Shown here: positions 40,871 to 53,960 of the stretch, piece by piece
How the letters are laid out: each line of letters begins with the position of its first letter
Numbering within the stretch: the stretch's first letter is position 1
Source of the DNA: Pseudovirgaria hyperparasitica
Taxonomy: Eukaryota
Length of the DNA: 64,000 bases
Direction: 5' to 3' (one strand)
Assembly (NCBI GenBank): GCA_010093815.1
Contig: ML996568.1
Program-made: the position numbers and the translations under genes
Notes under the pieces: generated by a model
The model's database searches: none
The model's input: the letters and a program-made list of their open reading frames with translations, nothing else
Told to the model about the DNA's origin: nothing

Positions 40871-43800
40871 ATGTCGGAGCAAGTCAATCGGGCGCACCGA
40901 AAGACCAAAGACAAGAAGGCATCTACGTCTGGTACACTGACCATCGTAACCTGTTTGCTCGGTCTAACTTTTGCTACAGAGCGCAATCCAAAAGCTTTCG
41001 CCGTTACGAACCCGCGCAAGCTTCAGCGTCAAGCTGCACGCTCTCACGATGTATGAACACAGACCTTAAAGCAAAGCGTGAATTCTGATAGGTTTGCCAG
41101 GTCAAAGAGAAGAAACTACATGTTCCCTTGGTGGACCGTCTACCTGAAGAGGCACCACCCACAGTCGTTGCGATCGTGGGACCACCAGGAGTACGTATTC
41201 CCTACAAGAGGCGCCAGCGAATTGTGGATGGCTGATCAGGATAGGTTGGAAAAACTACGCTTATAAAATCTCTCGTTCGTCGATACACGAAGCAAACCCT
41301 CTCTGCGCCCACTGGTCCCCTTACTGTCGTCACTTCGAAGCGCCGACGGCTGACCTTCATAGAATGCCCAGCCGAATCTCTGGCAAGCATGATGGACATT
41401 GCAAAGATAGTAGATTATGTTCTGCTCATGATAGATGGGAACTATGGCTTTGAGATGGAGACTATGGAGTTTTTGAACATCCTGCCTGCGACAGGAATGC
41501 CTAGCAATGTCTTCGGCATCCTGACCCACTTGGATCTATTCAAAAAGCAAGAAACGCTAAAGGCTCAGAAAAAAAGGCTCAAACATCGCTTTTGGAGCGA
41601 ACTCTACCAGGGCGCGAAACTATTTTACTTATCAGGTGTAGTCAATGGCCGTTACCCTGATCGCGAAATCCTGAATCTTTCGCGATTCCTATCTGTAATG
41701 AAGAACCCTCGACCGTTAGTATGGCGTAACTCGCATCCATATTCTCTTGTAGATCGGTTCCTTGATATGACACCGCCTACCCGAATCGAAGAAAACCCCA
41801 AATGCGACCGCACTGTCGCTCTATACGGCTACCTTCGCGGTACGAACTTCCCTGCTGAGGGTGCAAGAGTACATATACCAGGCATGGGAGATCAGAAAGT
41901 CTCCATGATCGAGGCGCTCCCGGATCCGTGTCCAACTCCCTATATGGACCAAGCTGTCGCCAAAGTAACAGGCAAGAAGGGCAGAAGAAGACTGGGAGAT
42001 AAACAGAAAATCATTTTTGCTCCTATGTCTGATGTCGGGGGTGTTCTTGTCGATAAAGATGCAGTATATATCGATGTCAAGACTTCAACGTTCGACAGGG
42101 ACGATGATGAGGACGAGGACGGAAAAGAACGTGGTTTAGGCGAAAAACTCATGATTGGCTTGCAGGGAGGGAGGAGACTTCTTGGACAAGCGGATTCAGG
42201 CATGCGTCTATATTCAGGAGGCACTACAATTGTGGATGGTGACCTTGATGATGACATTGGAAACATGGGAAGGAAAGCAAAGCGAGTCGCGAATATGGTT
42301 GCGAAAGATATAGATGAGCCAGATGAGGACGAGGGCTTCGAGAGTGGAGAGGACGAAGACGAGGACGAAGCAGACTTGATGGGTGCATCCGACGAAGACG
42401 ACGATGGCCACATTAAAGGCGTTGAGACCGAGGACGATCATTTTAAGCACAAGACACTATCAAAGCGCAGTGGCGATAGTTCTACCGACGACATCGCATT
42501 CGCTGATAGCGATTCTGATCTAGGTTCACTATCTTCTGAGGACGAGCAGGAGTTTGATCATGAGAATTTGAGCGACGGGGAATCCGAATCAGACGATGAA
42601 GATGGTGGCGCTGTAAAATGGAAGAACAATCTTAGTGGAAACGCAGAGCGGTTACACGGAAAGAAAAGACCCTATCAAACAAAGGAGCTTATGCGATTAA
42701 TGTACGATGAGTCAATATCCCTCAGCGAGGTTTTGAGAAGATGGGCTGGAGCAACGGAAGTCAACGGGGAGGGTAGCAATGATCCAGATGATGACTTCTT
42801 CAAAAGAGCAAAGCATGGATTGACCGAAGAAACTGAAGATAGGATGATACCCGCCTATGATTATGAGATGTTAGAGGGTAAATGGGCGGATGAGGATAGT
42901 ATCGAAGCGTTGCGTCAACGCTTTACGACAGCCAGTCTGATTAACAGTCGCGCGGATGATAATGGCGAGGACGACTCGGCGTTCGGTGGCGAAGACGAGG
43001 GTGATGGTGAATTCGAAGATCTCGAAACTGGGCAGAAATTTGGAGGAGGCGAGACTGCGAACGAGCAAGATGCCTCAAAGGCTATAGAAGAAGAACGAGA
43101 GCGTAATGCCCGCAAGAAGGAGGAGCTCAAGCTGCGGTTCGAGGAGGAAGATCGAGAAGGCTTCGGAAAAGACAAGACAAACGAAGGAGCAGCGGTCAAT
43201 GGTGATGAGGAACAATTCGGTGAGGACGAGTGGTACGAAGCACAAAAAGCAGCCATGCGGAAGCAGCTCGATATAAATGACGCCGAGGTTAGCCAAATGG
43301 ACGGGTTGTCAAGAGCACGATTCGAAGGGTACAAAGCTGGGACATACGCACGAATAGTACTGGAGGATGTGCCATACGAGTTTTGCGCCAACTTTAACCC
43401 TCGATTTCCAATCATCATTGGCGGACTTACACCAACAGAGGAACGCTTTGGGTTCGTTCAAATCCGCATCAAACGCCATCGCTGGCATAAGAAGATTTTG
43501 AAGACAAATGATCCTCTGATCTTCTCTCTTGGCTGGCGTCGATTCCAAACTATGCCAGTCTATAGCATATCAGATTCACGCACCCGGAATCGCATGCTAA
43601 AATACACACCAGAACACATGCATTGCTTTGGTACATTCTACGGGCCCCTTATTGCACCGAACACTGGGTTCTGCTGTGTTCAGTCTTTCTCAAACACGAA
43701 TCCTGGCTTCCGGATAGCGGCAACTGGTGTAGTTCTCAACGTGGACGAGAGTACGGAAATTGTCAAGAAACTCAAGCTAACCGGACATCCTTATAAAATT

Positions 43801-44547
43801 TTTAAGAATACCGCCTTTGTGAAGGACATGTTCAGCACTTCACTTGAGATTGCCAAGTTTGAGGGTGCCAGCATCAGGACAGTATCAGGCATCCGTGGTC
43901 AGATTAAGAAAGCCTTGAGCAAGCCGGAGGGAAACTTTCGTGCGACATTTGAGGACAAAGTCTTGATGAGCGACATCGTTTTCTTACGAGCATGGTATCC
44001 CATCAAGCCGCATCGATTTTACAATGTTGTGACCGAATTACTTGACCGATCGACTCTTACAGCAGCTGGTGAGAACATGGGATGGAAAGGTATGCGGCTC
44101 ACAGGAGAAGTCCGTAAAGACATCGGAATGCCGACACCGCAGGACAAGAATTCTGCATATAGACCTGTCGAGCGCCAAGACCGACACTTCAATCCCATTC
44201 GAGTGCCACGCAAGTTACAGGCTGATCTACCGTACAAGTCACAGATCGTCCAGCTCAAGCCGCAACGGAAGCAGACATATATGCAAAAACGAGCCGTCTT
44301 GCCAGGCAAAGACGAACGTAAAGCAATGGTTCTGATGCAACAATTGCAAACGCTCAGGAACGACAAGCTTGAGAAGCGACGTAAGAAGCAGGAAGAACGC
44401 AAAGAGCCATATCGGAAAAAAGTGGCAGAGAACCAGGAGAAGAGGAGTGAACGAGAAAAGAAGGAGAAGGAGGAGTACTGGCGAAGAGAAGGAAAGAAGA
44501 GGAAGAACCAAGACAGCACCTCTGGTGGAGGAAAGCGGCGAAAGTAG
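40871..44547 (+). CDS. BMS1: 40S biogenesis GTPase Bms1 (4 exons)
   Basis: [10 protein letters not shown] start, [19 protein letters not shown]-loop [28 protein letters not shown] and [17 protein letters not shown]. Confidence 0.97.
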
Positions 44548-45124
44548 GACTGGGGATCTGTTATTGTGATCTAGGCCTGAGTACTTTTTGTCAGATGCAT
44601 TGCATAAGTGGTGTTGCTGGTATAGCATTCTAGGCGTTTTCCATGGTCAACAACAACAAATGCGATGCTGGAATGGCTTGCATGCATGAACGGCATCCAG
44701 CGGATGTATATGTACATGTAGAACTCTCCGACGCGCATCGTCTGCAGCTTAGGGACAACGGTTCACTTTCCGGCCTATCAGTCTTGACTTGTCTTCGAAT
44801 CCAAGGTGCGATTGGCTCCTGCGCTCGCGCGTCGTAGCGTGCGTTACAAGGGCAATAGATGGCAAGGGTGATCGTTGTTGTCTAAAAGTCAATTGCGAAA
44901 CGCTGTCAAGGGTTAATAAATACACCAAGGGTTTGAAAACACTGTGTCAGTCGATAAACGCTGGCAGCAGCAGAATTGTGGCAATCAATTTACGCTCAAC
45001 CCCGAGTCGAGACCGAAAACCTCAGGCAGACACGGAACAGCGTGATGCGCGTCACTCTAGCCGAGCCGGTCATGTGCCAGCGCGCCTTCCCGGTCCCGGT
45101 GATTCTCACTGTCCAGTACGACAA

Positions 45125-45304
45125 ACGCGTGACGCACTTTCTCTCTCTCCATACTTCACACTGGAACATCTGAGCATCTGAGTATCAGGCTCAGGTCTCT
45201 TTTCATATATACTTCGAACACCTCTGGTCGTTGTTCTGTGGTTGTTGCGACCAGTAACTACGGGCCCCGCTCTTCGCGTCTTTGTTGAGCTGACGACGTC
45301 GCGT
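45125..45304. promoter_or_regulatory. MCB-like sites upstream of the Whi5/Nrm1-like gene
   Basis: ACGCGT at 45125 and TCGCGT at 45274 and 45299. Confidence 0.45.
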
Positions 45305-45507
45305 TCGCGCCACCGGTGATCGCCTCTCGGCGTGTATACGTGAAACCCGACCTTCGCAATAGCGTTCAGTTCACGTTCTGATAATTGACTCCACCGGACC
45401 TCGCAAGAAAAGTGAAAATACGAGCAATTGACTCTCTGATCCTTCTGCGCAGCGACTATATCAACGGATCCGCGATCCCTGGTTAGACCGCACGTTCTTA
45501 CCCCACC

Positions 45508-46933
45508 ATGAGTACGATCGCGTCCCAAACCGAATATTACTTGCTCAACATAGTTCTCACGAATGATACAGACTCGACCAGCCTTGCTGCTTCTACGGGA
45601 TTGAAAGAAACTCTTCCAGTCTCACAGGTCTCCTTTGTGTCTACCGCCTCGTCTAGCACAAACGCAACTACGGCGTCCCGTTTGTTGTCATCGTCCAGCA
45701 GTCTCTCAACCTCTAATGGTGCAGATACTACTTTGACATCCCCCACGTCATCCATCAGCAATTCAAGTCAGCCGCGGCATTACGAAAAGACTGAATCTAC
45801 CAGTAAAGCAGATACTGAGCTAGTACCTACACTAGACACAGGGTTTAGCTACAGAGAAACACAAATACCTATCAGTGCGACAACAGGGACTGAAGATAGT
45901 AGCAGTAACGACAGTACAGTCACAACACCTATAAGCTTAGATGCGCCAGTATTGGTGCAAGGATATAAACGAACCGCGAGTGGTACCGTCAAAGGCAGTA
46001 TTGCCAACAACCCCAACAGTGCGCTTACTGAAAAAGCACGTGGTCACAGGCGTGGCACCAGCAACATGAGTATTGACTCAACTTCAACAACCCGAGGAAG
46101 CGAGGTTCGTTCAATGATCGGCTTGTTTGATGGGCATAGTTCTGATCTTCTGGAAACAGCTTGCCGCGCAACTAAAAGCAAGACTATCTTATGCTATGGT
46201 CAAAGTACAGCACGGCTGGGAGCACCATACCCTGGACGAGCTCGAAGAACAAGCTTCACAAATCAGTTCTCCTGTAGCCCCCCGTAATAGAGAACAATTC
46301 CGACATTCAGACTCGCCGCAATATTTATCCCGTAACCGGAGGTTAAGTGCTTACTCCGATCATGCTGATAGACCTAAGTACTCACCTGGTCACGAGATCT
46401 GGTCTCGAGGCATCTCTCGTTCGATGGATACAACTCCATCAAGTAAGAAATACAGCGTCAGCCTAACAATCATAATCTGACGCGAGGCAGGCTTTACATA
46501 CAAGGACTCACATTCAAATGCGTCGGTTCATCGGGCTTTTCTGGCACTGAATACTACTGGAGGCACTCAAACATCACATGAAACTCAGGAAAATGGTCTC
46601 GCTCCGGCTGCGCCCATAATCTCATCCCGTCGGAACAGACGCGCACATACCACAAACACTCCACCACCATTTTTGTCCACAGTCGAAGAAGGTAAAACAC
46701 ACAATGGTGTACCTAGGACCCCTCGACAAGGCATACTCCGCATGCCCAGCCAGCAAGACGAGAAAGATGCGGTCGATACCCTTCTCTTCATGAGCAGTCC
46801 CAATAATTCTGCATACTTCGCAAACCAGGCGCATAGCCCATATAAGGCTGAACTTAGATCCAAGAGGGTCGCATTTGACGCTGGCGATCGCACAAACGGG
46901 CTTTGCAACCCCCATTACCCAATGCAAGCATAG
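45508..46933 (+). CDS. Whi5/Nrm1-like G1/S transcriptional repressor (3 exons)
   Basis: The GTB motif LAAQLKARLSYAMVKVQHGWEHHTLDELE follows an intron. The C-terminus has EKDAVDTLLFMSSP and there are several SP/TP sites. Confidence 0.85.
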
Positions 46934-49317
46934 GAGTTTTGGGCAATCTTGTCTCAGAGATTTTGCATCATTGTAGCTTGCATATGCGGCGTCTGGTGTT
47001 GAGAGATACCCGTCTGCACTCTAGGGTGTACGACGTATGAGCAATGTTCTGCATTTTTGAGAACTGCCATATGTACGTAACTATCTATGAATGACATGTT
47101 CTTCTTCATGTGTGCCGCGGGTAGTGCTTGTCTAGCTGCGCAATTTTCGGGATAACTCACAGGCGAAGATCCTCGTTAGCGTGTAGCACGTATTATTCTT
47201 ACATCTTTTCATCGGTCAAATCTGTTTTCCATGGTCGAAATGTCACACTTTGTAATGACACAAAGTTGGAACATTTTTAGTCGCCATTGCTTTGTCCATA
47301 GCTCGAGGAATCTCGTTCAAACTGATTCCTTATGTAAGTTTTGGTTGATCATGAGAGAAATGAGTTGATAAGTTGTACCTATCGCAGAGGGAACATTCAT
47401 TCCTGGGCTATAGACGTAGTCCGAGCATTCTTTGGTGGAGAGAATATTCGCACAAAGCCATTTTCCGTCCATATAGTCTTTCTCACACTCGTGATTATCT
47501 CTTCACTATCACAACACTCCCTCCAAAACGGTCACATTGTCAAAACCAGCAACTCACCTGCACAGAATGAACACCCCTTTCAGCATATCTGAAGTAGAAC
47601 AAGCAGGACATGACCCCGCCATGACAGGGTATACAATTATCGCAAAGTTCTAGCACAAGCCCAGTTGGACTCCATCCACACCACTTTGCGGGCTATCGAT
47701 GCTCCAGAGACGCGACGGCCGATCAATAGGGTTAATTACAGTGGCCTCAGAGTCCTAGCCCGGCCTCGAAAAACACTAAGCGTTATGGCGACCGCTCTCA
47801 GGCGAGATTCTCAGGGGAGAAATTTCAGGATCCACACACTATACGCCAGACTTGACGAGATATCCTGGGTAACTGCCAGTTCTCATAGAGACCTTAAGGT
47901 GAGACTGACTCCAGGCTGTGTATATATTTAGACTGGTGGCACGACCCTCCCGGAGTTGGAGTCAAGAGCGAAAGAAAATCTAGGGAGAGATGCTGGTTGA
48001 GATACTGGTTCATTGCATAGAATATGGCTCGTTTGATAGTTTGATTCATTTCTGCTGTCATAGGGAAGGAGTCACAGTAACTCTTTCCCGATAGTGAATT
48101 TCCAGTCATAGAGTGAGGTTTTGTTAGTCCCATTGCTGTAATCTTTCTAACTTAGAGGTACATTTATTGATCTGATAGCGGGTAGCCAAATGTTCCTACT
48201 TGAATGGGATACTCCTAGGAGGTATCGTGTAATGTCTTAGGAAGTACGGCGTCGCACTTACCGGCGGAGGTAGGCTATACTAAGCACAAGTTAAGAGTTT
48301 ATCAGAGTCGGTCAATTTGTATAGTTGGTCCATCGAGGCTGATAATGAGGGGTACGAGGTTGTATTTCTCCTACCTAGGCCCGTTATCCGATATCAACCT
48401 TTTAAGCATCACATTCATCTGTTCTTTAGTACGCGGGATAGTATGACTGCAAAGGATCAAAATTTGAATCAAATGGCGACGATGGTGTGTTAATGGAATT
48501 TTCGACACGGATTATTGAGGTGATACTTAAGATAGGACTCCAAGAAGGATGGGAGGTCAGACAGTGTACCACGATGCTTTTAACAATTATCTATACTCCG
48601 ATGGCACTGTCTTGCATTTCATTTACTGGCCTAGGGCTTGAGTTCAGGAGAGTCACATAAAATTGACAGCGCGCCTAAGGCTCTTGATGTTTCCATACAT
48701 CACAACAGGCAGCGCAGATTTCATACTCCTGGTGAAGCAAACGAATAAAGAACAAGGCGATCAGATAATCTCTTACTTCTTCCAGCAGTATTTGCGCAAA
48801 GATGTGTTCAATCCCAGAGCTTCACACGGGTTAAAAACGTATTATATGGTTTTCTTATCTGTGTCGTTTAAAAAATGTCTTTCCCTTGCATCATAGCTTT
48901 GACCTCATATATCCAGAAACCAATTCAGTTATTGTGACAGCATCATGTCATATCAATTAGCCCAAAGTTGATGCGGGGTCATCTGAAACTTTGGTAAACC
49001 TATGAACATCAACGCAACATCTAAGTGCCTTCAGATCCATACTTTCCCTCCAGCGTGACCGTACTGTTTATAGCAGGTGGTAACGGTACAAGGGTTGGCA
49101 GATTGACAGTCTAAAGTCCTGAAGGTTGCATCCATTGATATAGGGATCCATCTGAATTGGCTCGGTCCCGCAGCACCACACCAACCTTGCTTTTTCTGCT
49201 TTCTCTGCTTCGAACGCCATCTAAATTACGAATAGACAAACAGACCTCGACGTTGTACATATAACGATTATACAATAGCCGTATTGAATGGTCTGATGAT
49301 CTCTAACCCTAAACAAC

Positions 49318-50576
49318 ATGGCCCAACAAGTATGGGCTTTCGGTTTGAATTCACATGAACAAATTGCATTATCAAAGGCTGGAGACCTTGTTACACCACA
49401 CTGTATGGACGCAGGAGATAACATTGGTGTTTTATATGCTGGTTGGTCCGATACTCTGAGCAAGTTACATCCCTCCTAGATCCCAAAGGATATCTCGCAA
49501 AATCGTGACTAATGTCTACAGTAAAACGAGACGGCCATCTGTACCATTACGGAGGTATGACTGGAAGACACGCTAGAAAGCTTACAAGTCCGAGAAACTG
49601 TACAATCACCAAGTTCTTTGGTACACACGACGGTCTCCGAGGTGGCATCACCGAGCTCGGTCAGCTTGCTCTTCTCGAAAACGACACTTTCACACTTCAA
49701 GGTAGCCTCGGCACTTGTCCTCTCCTTGCGGACATTGCTTTAATAAACTCTGGACATGTCGCTGCTGTGATCTTGACCTCACGGGTCGAGAACTGGGAGG
49801 TCCTTGAGTTCCATAACGTGACTTCCTTCATCGACTGGTATAATACACCAATCTCTGAGGCCACTCATGTAGTCAACCTCGCAATCACAAGCAGCACAGC
49901 TGGTGAATCTAGACCCATAAGCACACCATTAGTTAGTCATAAAGGAAACGGACGCCATATCCAGCTCGTCGCCAGCTCCACCTGCTTCGCCCTCCTTACC
50001 GAATCTAACGACCGCGGGGTCGTTCGAAGCACAATCTACACATGGGGCGAAGCTCGCTCACACAGCGCTCTAGGCAGATCGGTTGATGAGCATAATCCAC
50101 CGACCAGCCCAGGAAGTGTCTCTGCCCTCGAGGGTCTGCGCATCTCGAAGATCGCCAGTGGAGGCTACATGAGCGCGGCTCTAACTGAAGACAGAGACCT
50201 ATACCTCTGGGGACAAGCGCAACCAGGTCGTGGCCTGCTGATCGATGACATGAGAGCTCACAATGATGATGACGTCAAGCTGGCGAATGTCATTTCACCG
50301 TCCGAACAGGGAGACACGATGGATATACGGGATGTGGCCGTCGGAAACGGCCATGTTGTTGTCATCACACAAGATCGACGAGTATTCGTTGCGGGAAGCA
50401 ATACGAATGGACAGCTAGGTACAGGAGACGCCGAAGCTTTCGTACCATACTGGAAGGAGATCAACCTTCTGCGTGAAATAGCTTTGGGTGTGGTTTGTGG
50501 AGACAAGACAACCTATGTTGAAACGATCAGGGGTCACATCGCGTTGGGCTCTGGTCATGCTGAAGCGAATGTTTAG
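49318..50576 (+). CDS. RCC1-repeat protein, 2 exons with a GC-AG intron (49460-49521)
   Basis: Exon 1 reads MAQQVWAFGLNSHEQI..AGWSDT. Exon 2 has IYTWGE, IASGGYMSAALTEDRDLYLWG and VAVGNGHVV..VFVAGSNTNGQLG. Confidence 0.85.
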
Positions 50577-51249
50577 CTTATGGATAGGGATTTGAAGTAG
50601 AGGGATTCAAACAGCCTTCAAACCAGTCCACTCACGGATTGAATGCAAATTGTCGTACTTGAACTCATCGCATAACGCTGTAAATGCTTGAACTTTTTTC
50701 TCCGCACCTCGGAAGTGATGCATTCGGTAAGTAGTATGAGGCCTCGAGCCTCGAGCCCGGCTTCCTACGAGATGGTAGTCGTTATGTTGATACCCGTCAG
50801 TCCTCCAGCTCGAACAATTTCCAAGAAACATAGTTGCGTTCTGATGGCAGGAGAATATATCGTAAATTAGCCAAATGCGACCACACAGGAACCGGAAAGT
50901 AGTTGCAGGAAGGATTTAAAGTATAAGAGAAGGCGTGGCATTGTGAAATGATCCATATGTAGTTAGCATCTGTTATTTCATGGTTGGAACATGCTATGTA
51001 AAATATTGAGGGGCAATCATCTTTATATACTCATCACTTACACGTAAAGGCAAATGGGGCAGTCAACGACACTATTTTGTCATGTCAATGCATCACCAGA
51101 ATCAAACAGAATCGGAACCAAAACATCGATACACAGGACCAAGTTTTCTTTCACGGGGTGCTTAGAGAGGTCTATATTCCTTCTTTAATGCTGGATACAT
51201 AGTGAATATTCAAAAGACAACTGCCCTCACATAGCCACTCTACCAAAGC

Positions 51250-53217
51250 CTACTTCGAACCCTTCGGTCGTTGCTCTGTAGTCTGGTCCGATGCGTTATA
51301 GTTCATGGCTCTATGCTGGCTACTATCCAGCGAATTCTGTGCCATGCGACGCTTCTCATCTTCAATCTTCTTCAGGGTCTTCTCAGTCTTACCTTTGCCA
51401 CTGCCTTTGCCATGGAACTGGTGACTCAAATGTTTGAAAGCGTCTTTTTGGCCTAGACTGCGGCCATACTCGTCGTGATACTTTAGCTCGACAGTAGGTC
51501 GGTACTCGTGACTGAAAATCTCGGCTAGTCTGCGGGATTCTTGGTGATCGCGCTGTGCGTTTGTGTTCCGGGCACGCTCCTCGCGGTCTTTGACAGTCAT
51601 ATGATCTAATCGGCCGCTTTGCCTCTCGCGCTCGCGCTGCAGTTTACCTTGGCGCTCTGCTTCATTTTCCGCTTTTTTCTTGTGTGCTAAAAAGTCTTGT
51701 CGTCGTCGTTGGGCTTCACTGAGCTCCAAGGCATTCGCGCCGTCTACGAGGCCGCGGTCCTTGAGAAGCTTCATGGTTGCACCTATGCCGGAGCTGACTG
51801 TGGCCTCATCTTCAAGACCAGCATTTCCGACCTCTGTGGAGACACTATGGTATGGCTTGGCATCGGGTAGCTCTTCACCTTCTTCGAGATCGTCCTTGAG
51901 CTCCATATTGACATCTTCGTGCAGATCCGTCCTCCCGACACTTTGAGGGCGGCTTTCTGATTTAACGTCGGGGGGTGAAGTATCGGGCCTTTCTAGGTTT
52001 GAGACAAACCGCGATGTCTCGTCAATGATCAAACCAGGTCCCTCTTCGTCCCCGTCCTCTGCTGTGTCCATAGCATCTGGCGTGACGGACACCTCTTCGC
52101 GAATCTGCTTGGCTAAATCTTCGGGTCGCAACTTCTTCCGTTTCTTTAATGCTTCGCGTCTCTGTTGAGCTAGCTTCAATTGCAGATCATCATCGTCAAA
52201 TGAATTGCTGTCGAACATGACCTTTTTTGGTGCGTCTGTGTCCATAGCTTCTGCTTCGACGCTTTCGGTTGAGCCATTCATCGGGAAATCGTCGTCCTCA
52301 TCAACCACCTTCTTTCGCGAATGCTTTGTTTTCTTTTTCTTTGGTTTCTTCACTTTCACTCCAGTGGACTCAGCATAATCAGATATGGGCGCAGTTCCTT
52401 CGTTGATAATATCAAGAGATATGGTGACCCCTTTGCGTGTCGTCGAACCAGCTTGAGCAGCCTGAGCGGCTTCGATCGTACTACCTGAACCATCCAAGGT
52501 GAAGCGTTTGCTTTTTTTCGCTGGACCATCTACATCATCATATTGGGCAAGTAAAGACTTGCTACCGTCTCCGTTCTCATCGTTTGGATCGTAGATTCGT
52601 TTGCGTTTCTTGTTTTCAAGGCGCTCCTTCAACTTTTCTTGATCCTTCAATGCGGCATTCTCGAGCTCATCTTCTTCCTCGGAATCTTCGACGCCAGCAT
52701 CTTTGAGGGTCAGGATCTGTTCTGTGCCTTCATCGAAGTTCTCAAAGTCGTGACCAACTTTGACGCCTCTCAAATCTGCAGCTGTATAGTCGATTTGATT
52801 TTCCCGCTCAGCAAGTTCCTCTTGCAACTTTCGTGTCCTATCCTTCTCTAACTTTTTTTGACGCTTCTTCTGCCCCATGAGCCAGCTTTTGGTGTCCATC
52901 TCATTCTCGTCCGCCTCTCCAAGACCTTTACCTTGGAGCTTAGCGCTGAGCTGTGCTCGTTCTCTTTCCTTCCGTAGCCTCTCTTTCTTGGCCTGACGCT
53001 CCTCCTCAGCTCGCCGTTGAGCTTCCAGTCTTTCCCAATTACTATCCGCCGCGGCCTGGCGCGAATTGACAGTACTGGCAACTTCTTCGTTGGGGCTGGT
53101 ATTAGACTTAGACTCCTTGAAGACTGGTCCATGTACGATTGGAGCACCTGGCACCGGAAGTGGGTCGTAACCCATTGCAATGCGCACACGGTTCATGGCT
53201 TCGATGTCGTCCGCCAT
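51250..53217 (-). CDS. SNU66: U4/U6.U5 tri-snRNP protein Snu66/SART-1
   Basis: HIND-like IEAMNRVRIAMGYDPLPV, LRGVKVGHD, QILTLKD and YHDEYGRSLGQKDAFKHLSHQFHGKGSGK. Confidence 0.93.
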   Translation of the reverse strand: MADDIEAMNRVRIAMGYDPLPVPGAPIVHGPVFKESKSNTSPNEEVASTVNSRQAAADSNWERLEAQRRAEEERQAKKERLRKERERAQLSAKLQGKGLGEADENEMDTKSWLMGQKKRQKKLEKDRTRKLQEELAERENQIDYTAADLRGVKVGHDFENFDEGTEQILTLKDAGVEDSEEEDELENAALKDQEKLKERLENKKRKRIYDPNDENGDGSKSLLAQYDDVDGPAKKSKRFTLDGSGSTIEAAQAAQAGSTTRKGVTISLDIINEGTAPISDYAESTGVKVKKPKKKKTKHSRKKVVDEDDDFPMNGSTESVEAEAMDTDAPKKVMFDSNSFDDDDLQLKLAQQRREALKKRKKLRPEDLAKQIREEVSVTPDAMDTAEDGDEEGPGLIIDETSRFVSNLERPDTSPPDVKSESRPQSVGRTDLHEDVNMELKDDLEEGEELPDAKPYHSVSTEVGNAGLEDEATVSSGIGATMKLLKDRGLVDGANALELSEAQRRRQDFLAHKKKAENEAERQGKLQRERERQSGRLDHMTVKDREERARNTNAQRDHQESRRLAEIFSHEYRPTVELKYHDEYGRSLGQKDAFKHLSHQFHGKGSGKGKTEKTLKKIEDEKRRMAQNSLDSSQHRAMNYNASDQTTEQRPKGSK

Positions 53218-53454
53218 TTTGCTAGGTCCGGGTGAATTTGTCCAGATCAGACTTTGAGCGGTGCAGCAAACTGGAAAAGAAGTATTGCTTGGGTGGAAGA
53301 GGAGCAAGTCTGCGTACCTACATGTTGACAGTGGAGGTGGACCTGTGTAACTAGGGTGGTCGGTAGCTTTAAAATCACGCTAGTGCTAGCGCCACGCGAG
53401 GCGAGACTTTTTTTTCTATAAGAGCTCGTTTTCCCTCAGACTTTTTTTCACATC

Positions 53455-53714
53455 ATCAGACTTGTGTCCAGCGATCCTGACAGCTTCTTCGGACGCCAAC
53501 AGTTGATTTCTGGACAGTTCGCTACACACCGGAAATGGATGACATCCTCAAATGATGTCAGCCCGGGCGACAGGTCTCAGAGAAATAATCGAACGTGGAG
53601 CTTGAGCTCCCCGTAAGGGTTGAGCTCAGTGAAGCGCAAGATGGGCGTTATATTCCAAATCATGGTCGAGGCCGTTGGCTCTTGAGACTCGAGGAAAACC
53701 ATCCGCCTACATAA
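53455..53714 (+). ncRNA. snR30: snR30/U17 box H/ACA snoRNA (18S rRNA processing)
   Basis: The 3' hairpin GGGCG..CGCCT encloses m1-like ATATTCCAA (53650) and m2 AAACCAT (53696), followed by ACA (53709) plus 3 nt. An ANANNA box sits at 53579. Paired stems are AGACTTG/CAGGTCT, TGTCCAG/CTGGACA and TGAGCTC/GAGCTCA. TATAAG lies at ~53417. The 5' end is approximate. Confidence 0.85.
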
Positions 53715-53960
53715 CACCAATCTCTCCACTGCCCTCTTTGACTTGCTAAGTCATTGAGCCGGTCGTGACAACATTCTGAACATCCCGTTCCTATGGCATC
53801 TTCTTCCTACTACCTGTCAGCTCCAAAGTACTCACAGACCATATAGAGTTATTCGGCCATATCGACTGAGCGCCTCGTCGACTCCTCGCATCCTCACATG
53901 TTCTCGCGCACTTTGAGCATTTACTTCATGGCGTCATGTCATTATATTTGTAAATCTATA

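Noticed and set aside
47300..49200. 2-kb gene-free stretch, possible relic gene or TE
   Set aside because: No terminal repeats, long ORF or recognisable peptide motif were found.
50607..50870. Short ORFs between the RCC1 gene and SNU66
   Set aside because: They are under 80 aa, have no motif and lie in a convergent terminator region.
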